Part shown: positions 25,248 through 32,000 of the stretch, one piece after another
Layout of the letters: every line of letters begins with the position of its first letter
How positions within the stretch are numbered: position 1 is the first letter of the stretch
Source of the DNA: Gemmata obscuriglobus
GTDB lineage: Bacteria > Planctomycetota > Planctomycetia > Gemmatales > Gemmataceae
DNA length: 32,000 bases
Direction of reading: 5' to 3'
Assembly (NCBI RefSeq): GCF_008065095.1
Contig: NZ_CP042911.1
Span: 8,340,001 to 8,372,000, forward strand
Notes under the pieces: generated by a model
What the model was told of the DNA's origin: nothing
The model's database searches: none
What the model saw: the letters and a program-made list of their open reading frames with translations, nothing else
Program-made: the position numbers and the translations under genes

Positions 25248-27368
25248 CTATTTCGGCCCCGGCGGGACGTACTTCTTCAGCCAGGCGAACACTTCCTTGT
25301 GCCAGTGCTCGCTGTTCTTCGGCTTCAGCACCCAGTGGCCCTCGTCCGGGAAGTTCACGAACCGCGACGGCACCCCCTGGCGCTGGAGCGCGCTGAACAG
25401 CTCGTGCCCCTGCCCGATCGGACAGCGGAAGTCCAGGTCGTTGTGAATGATGAGCATCGGCGTCTTGGCCTTCGCCATGTTGCCAGCCTTCTTGTGCGGT
25501 GAGAACTCGGCGTACTTGCCGGGCTTCTCCCACGGCAGCCCGCCGTGCTCCCACTCGTCGAACCACAGTTCGTCCGTCGTGCCCCACATGCTCTCGAAGT
25601 TCCACACCGAGCAGTGCGTGATGAGGCACTTGAACCGCTTCGCCGCGTCGTTCACCGCGAACCAGTTCATCATGTACCCGCCGAAGCTGCCGCCCGCAGA
25701 CCCGATCCGGTCCTTATCGACGTAGGGCAGCTTCTCGACGTAATCGAGCCCGGCCATGAGGTCGCGGTAGCACTTGCCGCCCCAGTCGCCGGTGATCTCG
25801 TCCACGAACTTCTGACCGAAGCCGGTGCTCCCGCGCGGGTTCGGCATCACCACCACGTAGCCCTGCGCCGCCCACGCCTGCGGGTTCCAGCGGAAGCTCC
25901 ACGAATCCTCCCACGCGCCCTGCGGGCCGCCGTGGACGAGGTACGCCACCGGCCACTTCTTCGACGCGTCGAACCCGGGCGGCTTCAGCACCCACATCTG
26001 CATCTTCACCCCGCCCTCGACCGGCACCTCCTCCGACTCCGGCCTCGGCAGATCGAGTTCGGCGAGCAGTTTGTCGTTCGCGCGGCTGATGTTGTTCCCG
26101 ATTACACCCGACAGGTCGCCTTGAAACTCCGAAAAGACCTCGGCCGGATGGTCCATTTGGGCTTTGGTGAACGCGATTCGCTCACCAGTTTTGTCGGAAC
26201 TTACACCTGCGACGGCCCCGGTGCGGCCGGGGTTCCATCCGATGTTCCCCTTGTCGATCGCGAGTGTGGTTTTGTGAAGGGCGGTGAAGCCCTTGCGATC
26301 GGCGGTAAAAAGCAGCCATTCGTTGCCGGACCAACAGAACTCGTTCGCTGACACGTCATCGAAACCCAACATGCTTCGCGGCTTGCCGACAAGCGTGCCA
26401 TCTGGCTTTGCATCCGCTACAAGCACGTCCCACTTGTCCGCCTCGTAGCCGGCCTGCTTCTGCGCACGCCACGCCAGTTTCTTGCCGTCCGGGCTGAACT
26501 TCGGGCCGCCGTCCGCGGCTTTGTTGTCCTTCGTCAGGCACTCCCACTTGGTCGAGGTGTTCGTGACCGACACGCGGCAGATGTCGTAGTTGGTGCTCCA
26601 CGACTCGTCCTTGTCGGGCACCGCGGTGAACACCAGGTACTTGCCGTCGGGCGAGAAGGTGAAGTCGTCGCCGCTGCTGAAGGTAGACGACGTGGGGTTG
26701 GCGTCGCGGTCGCCGGGGGTGACGTCGCGCGTGTCGGTGCCGTCGAGGTTGCACACGAACAGGTGCTGCCGCTTGTCGCCGACGTAATCGTCCCAGTGCC
26801 GGTAGAACAGCTTCGTGAACGTTTTCGCCTTCACCGGGCTCTTCTCGATCTCCTCGTCCTTCTCCTTGTTGAGCTTGTCCGATTCCGGGAACGGCTTCTC
26901 GCTGAACTCCGGGTACACCGTCGATACGAACGCGACCGACTTGCCGTCGGGCGCCCAGGTGCCGTTCGACGCGCCCGTGCTGATGCTGGTGACCGGCTTC
27001 GGCTCCTCACCGACGGTCAGCACCCACAGTTGCGGGGTGCCAGACCGCGTGGACTCGAACAGCACGCGCGTGCCGTCCGGCGACCACCGCGGGTTCATGT
27101 CCTTCTTGCCCTTCGGATCGGTGATCTGCTTCGGCTCGGTCTTCCCGTCCGTCGCCGCGAGCCACAGCGCCGTCGAGGACTTGTTGGCCCCCAGATCGAC
27201 CGTGGTGACCTGATAGACGACGGCTTTGCCGTCGGGGCTGATTTGCGGGCTCGCGACCCGTTTGAACGCGAAGAGGTCTTGCACCTTCATCGGCCGCTTG
27301 TCCGCGGCGGGCAAAGCGAGCGGCGCCGCGATCAGCACCGCAGCCGTGAGCAGCAAACGGAAACGCAT
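25248..27368 (-). CDS. S9-family serine peptidase (prolyl oligopeptidase/acylaminoacyl-peptidase type) with N-terminal beta-propeller
   Basis: Track ORF 25248..27617; the start is probably ATG 27368 (signal peptide MRFRLLLTAAVLIAAPLALPAAD). TolB/DPP-IV-like propeller repeats are present (SPDGKAVVY, SPDGTRVLF, APDGKSVAF, SPDGKYLVF, SPDGKKLAW). The catalytic domain has nucleophile motif GGSFGGYM, plus HNDLDFRCP and FPDEGHWV. Confidence 0.9.
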   Translation of the reverse strand: MRFRLLLTAAVLIAAPLALPAADKRPMKVQDLFAFKRVASPQISPDGKAVVYQVTTVDLGANKSSTALWLAATDGKTEPKQITDPKGKKDMNPRWSPDGTRVLFESTRSGTPQLWVLTVGEEPKPVTSISTGASNGTWAPDGKSVAFVSTVYPEFSEKPFPESDKLNKEKDEEIEKSPVKAKTFTKLFYRHWDDYVGDKRQHLFVCNLDGTDTRDVTPGDRDANPTSSTFSSGDDFTFSPDGKYLVFTAVPDKDESWSTNYDICRVSVTNTSTKWECLTKDNKAADGGPKFSPDGKKLAWRAQKQAGYEADKWDVLVADAKPDGTLVGKPRSMLGFDDVSANEFCWSGNEWLLFTADRKGFTALHKTTLAIDKGNIGWNPGRTGAVAGVSSDKTGERIAFTKAQMDHPAEVFSEFQGDLSGVIGNNISRANDKLLAELDLPRPESEEVPVEGGVKMQMWVLKPPGFDASKKWPVAYLVHGGPQGAWEDSWSFRWNPQAWAAQGYVVVMPNPRGSTGFGQKFVDEITGDWGGKCYRDLMAGLDYVEKLPYVDKDRIGSAGGSFGGYMMNWFAVNDAAKRFKCLITHCSVWNFESMWGTTDELWFDEWEHGGLPWEKPGKYAEFSPHKKAGNMAKAKTPMLIIHNDLDFRCPIGQGHELFSALQRQGVPSRFVNFPDEGHWVLKPKNSEHWHKEVFAWLKKYVPPGPK

Positions 27369-27637
27369 AAACGCACCTGTCCGGTAGTCGGTCGGCGGCG
27401 GCCCGTGAGAGGGGCGGGCCGCGGTAGAACCGTTGTACCCGAACCACCGCGCGCAAAAAAGAACCCGCCGCGTCTGGGACGCAGCACGGAGCGGAACCTG
27501 AGAGTTCGTGTGTGGGGCGAAACCTCCCCGCCGGTCGCGCGTCGCGGAGTTCAAAGTGAGGGCGGCAGAGCTGTGCGGCCCGTGCGGCGCGTATAACAGC
27601 GGAAAAGGCCCCTCCACACCGCACGCCGACAGAACCT

Positions 27638-29080
27638 ATGCGCTGGCCCGTCGTCAGACTGATCGCCGGTCGCGAAGTCCGCGACCAGTTGCGGGACCGC
27701 CGCACGCTGTTCCTCATCCTCGGGCTGCCGGTGCTCATGTACCCGCTGTTCGTGGGCGTCGGCATCCTGTTCGTCACCGCCCTGAAGGAAAAGAAGCTGG
27801 TGGTCGGGGTGGTCGGCCCCGGGCACGCGCCGGCGGCCGAGCCGGACCTGACCCCGGTCCTCGGCGGCCCCGGCGCCGCGGCGCAAGAACTCCGGGCGTA
27901 CCCGGCGCTGTTCGGCCCCGACGGGCAGTTCGCCCCCCGGTACACCGGCACCGCGCTCGTGTCCGCGCCCATGGGCGTCGAGCCGCTCCCGGCCGGAACC
28001 GACGACGAGTACCGCGAACTGCTCGCGCAGCGGCGCGTGGACGCCATCGTGGTCCTCGATTCCGACCTTCCGGCCCGGCTCGCGCGGTACGAGCGGCCCG
28101 AGATCGAGGTGCCCGTTGCGGTGGGCACGTTCCCGGTGGCCACGACAACGGTTCCGGTGGACCGCGGGGCGCGCCCCGCGGTGCGCGTGCTGGGCCGCGA
28201 CGGCGAGGAGAACTCGAAACTCGCGGTGCAGCGGGTCACCGGCGTCCTGGAGCACTGGTCTAACGACCTCAAGGCCGCCCGGTTCGCCCGGCTGGGGCTG
28301 CCGGCCGACATCGACCACCCGATCGAGATCCGCGACCCGCAGTCCGAGAAGACCAGCGAGAAGAAGATCGCCGACGACCTGCGCGACATGCTGGTGAAGG
28401 TGATCCCGTTCCTGCTCGTGATGTGGATGCTGACCGGCGCCATCTACCCGGCCATCGACATGACCGCGGGCGAAAAGGAGCGCGGCACGATGGAGACGCT
28501 GCTCATCAGCCCGGCGGAGCGCACCGAGATCGTGGCGGGGAAGTTCCTGGCTACGACGTGCTTCAGCTTCGGCACCGCGCTGTGGAACGTGGCGCTGATG
28601 CTGGTGGCGGTGGCCGCCGCCCCGCTGCTGGCCCCGGGGCTGTTCGGGCACGGGCTGATCTCGCTGGCGGGGCTGGCCGCGTGCCTCCTGGCCGCGATCC
28701 CGCTGGCGCTGCTGTTCGCCGCGCTGGCGCTGTCTCTGGGTGTGTTCGCACGCAGCACGAAGGAAGGCAACTACTACATGGTGCCGCTGTTCTTCGTGGT
28801 GCTGCCGCTGGCGTACTGGAGCATGACGCCCGGGATCGAGCTGAGCGAGTTCACCCGCTGGGTGCCGGTGGCGAACGCGCTGCTGTTCCAGCAGCGGCTG
28901 CTCGCGGTGCGGACCGACGCGTTCCCGTGGGGGCACGTGCCGGTCGTGTTCGGAGTGCTGGCCGCGTGCGTGCTTACGGGCCTCTTCGCCGCAGTACGCC
29001 AGTTCCATCGCGAGGGGGTGCTGTTCCGGGAAGGCGAGACGAGCGGGAAACGGGGCTGGTCGCTGTTCGGAAAGAAGTGA
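27638..29080 (+). CDS. ABC-2 type transporter permease (NatB-like)
   Basis: It has an N-terminal TM helix, a large extracytoplasmic loop, then GEKERGTMETLLISP (typical ABC-2/NatB motif) and five further hydrophobic helices. Confidence 0.8.
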   Translation: MRWPVVRLIAGREVRDQLRDRRTLFLILGLPVLMYPLFVGVGILFVTALKEKKLVVGVVGPGHAPAAEPDLTPVLGGPGAAAQELRAYPALFGPDGQFAPRYTGTALVSAPMGVEPLPAGTDDEYRELLAQRRVDAIVVLDSDLPARLARYERPEIEVPVAVGTFPVATTTVPVDRGARPAVRVLGRDGEENSKLAVQRVTGVLEHWSNDLKAARFARLGLPADIDHPIEIRDPQSEKTSEKKIADDLRDMLVKVIPFLLVMWMLTGAIYPAIDMTAGEKERGTMETLLISPAERTEIVAGKFLATTCFSFGTALWNVALMLVAVAAAPLLAPGLFGHGLISLAGLAACLLAAIPLALLFAALALSLGVFARSTKEGNYYMVPLFFVVLPLAYWSMTPGIELSEFTRWVPVANALLFQQRLLAVRTDAFPWGHVPVVFGVLAACVLTGLFAAVRQFHREGVLFREGETSGKRGWSLFGKK

Positions 29081-29169
29081 CGCCCGCCTCTTGCTCGCCC
29101 CTGGTTTCATGTTCTTCCGGCCCGCCGTGGCGGGCGCCAGTCTTCACTCACCCATCGCAACTCCGCAGC

Positions 29170-29193
29170 GCGGCCGCCACAAAAGGTGGCCGC
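29170..29193 (+). terminator. Putative terminator hairpin after the ABC-2 permease gene
   Basis: GCGGCC(G)CCAC-AAAAG-GTGGGGCCGC-type stem: about 10 bp with one bulge, followed by TTCCGTT. It lies about 90 nt after stop 29080. Confidence 0.35.
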
Positions 29194-29274
29194 TTCCGTT
29201 AGCCGATCCGGCGCCGGCGGGGATTTCATGTACAGCGACGGGCCGGAAGCCTGTTCGAACGGAGGGGCTCAACG

Positions 29275-32000
29275 ATGCCACGCATCGGGATCGACCGGCA
29301 GTGCGTGCGGCGGTTCGTCGGGGAGCACGCGGAGGTCGGGGGCACGGACCGGGAGCTGCTTCAGCGGTTCGCCGACCGGCGGGACGAGGCCGCGTTCGAA
29401 GCGCTCGTGCGCCGCCACGGGCCGATGGTGCTCGCCGCCGGGCACCGGGTGCTCGGCCGCAGCCAGGACGCGGAGGACGTGTTCCAAGCCGCATTTCTGC
29501 TCCTGGCCCGGAAGGCGGCGGGCGGCCGGTGGCAGCCGTCGGTCGCGAACTGGTTGCACCGGACCGCCCACCTGCTGGCGCTCAAGGCCCGCAGGACCGC
29601 GACCCGGCGGGCGCGGCGCGAGGAGCGCGGCGCGCCCCGAACCCCGCCGGACCCGCTCGACGAAATGACCGGGCGCGAGCTGCTCGCGGCGCTCGACGAG
29701 GAGTTGCTCGCGCTGCCCGAGGTGCTTCGTGCGCCGCTGGTACTCTGCTCGCTCGAGGGTGCGAGCCGGGACGAGGCGGCCGAGCGCCTGGGGTGCCCGC
29801 TGGCCACGCTCAAAAAGCGCCTCGAATTGGGCCGCCGGCGGCTCCGCGACGCGCTCGCGCGGCGCGGGATCGGGCTCCCCGCCCTTCTCGGCACGCTCCT
29901 GCTCGGTCCGTCCGCGGTCGCGGTACCGAACCGCCTCGCACAGGCCGTGGTCCGCGCCGCCCTCGCGCTCGCGACCGGCGGCCCGGGCGCCGCAGGGCTC
30001 TCGTCGCAAGTCGGCGAACTCGTACACGGAGGAATCGGCATGACGGGTTGGAACAAATTCCGGGGCGCGCTCGGCGCGGTGCTCCTGTGTGGGTGCCTCG
30101 CGGCGGCCGGCGCGCTCGCGGCACGCACCGGGGCCGCCCCAAGCGAAGCCCCCAAACCTGCGGCCCCACAGGAGCGGGTGCCCGAGCCGCCCGCCGTCGA
30201 GGCAATGCGGGTGGTCGTCCTCGATTCCACGGGCAAGCCGCTGCCGGGCGCGAACGTCCACTCGAGCATCTGGACCGAGGAGGAGGGCTTTCAGGCCAAC
30301 CGCGACATCGAGACCGACGCCGCCGGCGCCACCCGGGTCCTGCTCCCGAAGACCTTCACCATCCTTCGGCTGTGGGCGGGGAAGAAGTCGTTCGCCACGC
30401 TGTTCGCGAACTGGGAGCGGAGCGAGCTGGCGAGCGGGAAGGGCGTGCCCGCCGAGTACACATTCCGGCTCGAGCCGGCCGTGACCGCGGGCGGGCGGAT
30501 CGTTGACGAGAAGGGGAAGCCGGTCGCCGGCGCCCGGGTTGAGGTACACCTGGCCAACGACCCCAAGCCCGTCGGGAGCGACAACCGCGTCCGCTACGAT
30601 CACACGTTGGCGTGGGGTGACTATTCGCCCACAACGGACGCCAACGGGCGGTGGAGCATCGACAACGTCCCGGACCACCCGGAGGTGGAGCTGAGCCTCC
30701 TGGCGACACACCCGGACTTCGCGAACGACAAGTGGGAGCAGGCTGCCAAGAGCGCACGAGTCACGATGGATGCGCTCCGGAAGGGCACGGCAACGCTCGC
30801 GCTGAAGGCCGGGGTCCGCGTCCGCGGGACGGTCACCGACCCCGAGGGCAAACCGATCAAGGATGCGCTCGTGATTCACGGCGACGCCCCCCACTCGGGG
30901 CGCGTCACGAGCACCTTCGCAACCGGCGCCGACGGCACGTTCCGGCTCCCGGCACTGGCTCCGGGAAAGACATCGCTGACCGTTGTCGCCCCGGGCTGGG
31001 CGCCGCAGCTCCGCACGGTCGAACTCAAAGCGGACATGCCGGCCCAGGACTTTCGGCTGACAGCGGGTAAACCGGTCCGGTTGCGCATTGTCGATGAGGC
31101 CGGTAAACCGGTTCCCGGGGTGCACATCACCCTGCTGGAGTGGAAGGGGAGCAAGTCGATTTACTCGGAGCGCAACCCGAACCATCCGAAGGTGCCGGGC
31201 ACCGGCATTCCCCCGCGCACCGACGCGAACGGCGTCTGGGAGTGGCGGTCGGCTCCGGACGGCCCGGTGAAGGTGCGGATCGATGCGGCCGACTTCGTCC
31301 ACACCGACCTGGAAGTCACCGGCGGCTCGGCGGACCGAACCGTGGAACTGAAAACCACACCCCGCATTACCGGAGCTGTGACGGATGCGGTCACGGGCCG
31401 GCCGATCCCACAGTTCACCGTCATCCCGGTGAGCGGGTTCAGTGACGACGTCGTGTTCGCATGGCGCGGCGCGGCGGTGCGGTGCGAGGACGGTCGGTTG
31501 CAGTTCCGCGCCGTGCCCAACGGCAACAGTCCGCTTCGCCGCCTCCGGGTCGAAGCTCCGGGGTATCGTACCCAGGACGGACCGGCACTCCGGGCCGGCG
31601 ATCCCACGAGCCGAAAACAGGACTTCAAGCTCGTCCCGAGCCGGACGCGCACCGGTGTCGTAACCGACACCGCGGGCAAACCCGTAGCGAAAGCCCAGGT
31701 CCAGATCGCCACCCCGACGGAACAAGTGACCCTTTCAAAGAATCTCGATTACTGCATCTTCACCGACGCACAGGGGCGGTTCGAGTTCCCCGACCCGGGC
31801 GCGCCGTGGGCCGTAGTCGCGCAGTCCGAAGCGGGAATCGCGGTCGCCGAGTTCGCGGCCGACGGGGCCGACGCCGGCACGCTCCAACTCCAACCGTGGG
31901 GGACGGTCCGCGGAACGTTCCATGACGGCGGGAAGCCGGTCGCCGGCGCCACGGTGCTCGTGGCACCGGTTCGCGTTCAAGACCGGACCCAGCCGCTGGT
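29275..32000 (+). CDS. ECF (sigma-70 family) sigma factor fused to a TM helix and repeated CarboxypepD_reg-like domains; 3' end beyond the window
   Basis: NOT in the ORF track. Frame 1 has TAG at 29200-29202 and its first ATG at 29275 (GGAGGGG 8 nt upstream). I read every codon to base 31998 and found no stop. Region 2: DRELLQRFADRRDEAAFEALVRRHGPMVLAAGHRVLGRSQDAEDVFQAAFLLLARKA. Region 4 HTH: LPEVLRAPLVLCSLEGASRDEAAERLGCPLATLKKRLELGRRRLRDAL. TM helix: FRGALGAVLLCGCLAAAGALAA. At least 7 modules of the type G(R/T)(I/V)VD..GKPV.GA.V follow. Confidence 0.85.
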   Translation, partial: MPRIGIDRQCVRRFVGEHAEVGGTDRELLQRFADRRDEAAFEALVRRHGPMVLAAGHRVLGRSQDAEDVFQAAFLLLARKAAGGRWQPSVANWLHRTAHLLALKARRTATRRARREERGAPRTPPDPLDEMTGRELLAALDEELLALPEVLRAPLVLCSLEGASRDEAAERLGCPLATLKKRLELGRRRLRDALARRGIGLPALLGTLLLGPSAVAVPNRLAQAVVRAALALATGGPGAAGLSSQVGELVHGGIGMTGWNKFRGALGAVLLCGCLAAAGALAARTGAAPSEAPKPAAPQERVPEPPAVEAMRVVVLDSTGKPLPGANVHSSIWTEEEGFQANRDIETDAAGATRVLLPKTFTILRLWAGKKSFATLFANWERSELASGKGVPAEYTFRLEPAVTAGGRIVDEKGKPVAGARVEVHLANDPKPVGSDNRVRYDHTLAWGDYSPTTDANGRWSIDNVPDHPEVELSLLATHPDFANDKWEQAAKSARVTMDALRKGTATLALKAGVRVRGTVTDPEGKPIKDALVIHGDAPHSGRVTSTFATGADGTFRLPALAPGKTSLTVVAPGWAPQLRTVELKADMPAQDFRLTAGKPVRLRIVDEAGKPVPGVHITLLEWKGSKSIYSERNPNHPKVPGTGIPPRTDANGVWEWRSAPDGPVKVRIDAADFVHTDLEVTGGSADRTVELKTTPRITGAVTDAVTGRPIPQFTVIPVSGFSDDVVFAWRGAAVRCEDGRLQFRAVPNGNSPLRRLRVEAPGYRTQDGPALRAGDPTSRKQDFKLVPSRTRTGVVTDTAGKPVAKAQVQIATPTEQVTLSKNLDYCIFTDAQGRFEFPDPGAPWAVVAQSEAGIAVAEFAADGADAGTLQLQPWGTVRGTFHDGGKPVAGATVLVAPVRVQDRTQPL

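Noticed and set aside
29186-29668. 160 aa plus-strand ORF (and 29091..30506) overlapping the 5' end of the sigma-factor gene.
   Set aside because: They are out of frame with the clear sigma-70 region 2/4 motifs and give Arg/Gly/Ser-rich nonsense composition.
1-32000. A defence island, toxin-antitoxin pair, prophage, biosynthetic cluster, rRNA/tRNA or CRISPR in this window.
   Set aside because: I found none. Apart from the single decayed IS and its flank, the gene content is housekeeping or envelope/stress-related and typical of a planctomycete core chromosome.

Overview
High-GC (roughly 65-70% by eye) bacterial chromosome. The family mix points to Planctomycetota, Gemmata-like (inference): DUF1549/DUF1553, TIGR03067, a membrane-anchored ECF sigma factor, a Hanks-type kinase, TPR and WD40-like proteins. 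I support 21 intact protein genes plus one decayed insertion sequence. Left to right: MFS permease 3' end, tail-anchored pseudokinase, DUF1549/DUF1553, PQQ-like propeller, double GNAT, secreted thioredoxin-like protein, small hypothetical, trmL, ftsK and a VOC protein. A co-directional minus-strand train follows: AsmA-like giant, LptF/G permease, two tandem mcsA paralogs, mcsB and a VanZ-like gene. Then come an ISAs1-family IS, TPR protein, WD40-like protein, TIGR03067 protein, S9 peptidase and ABC-2 permease. Last is an ECF sigma factor fused to a TM helix and CarboxypepD_reg-like repeats; it runs off the right edge and is absent from the ORF track. I found no rRNA, tRNA, CRISPR array or recognisable defence or biosynthetic system. 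Most of the window looks like core genome, and many long track ORFs are antisense or out-of-frame artefacts of high GC. The most notable points:
- the hidden sigma fusion
- a kinase lacking its catalytic residues
- an IS with intact ends and target duplication but a twice-frameshifted transposase
- the duplicated mcsA module, with a heptamer repeat array at the mcsB start
- a recurring GTTCCAAG...CTTGGAAC palindromic intergenic element
- several perfect 12-17 bp intergenic hairpins
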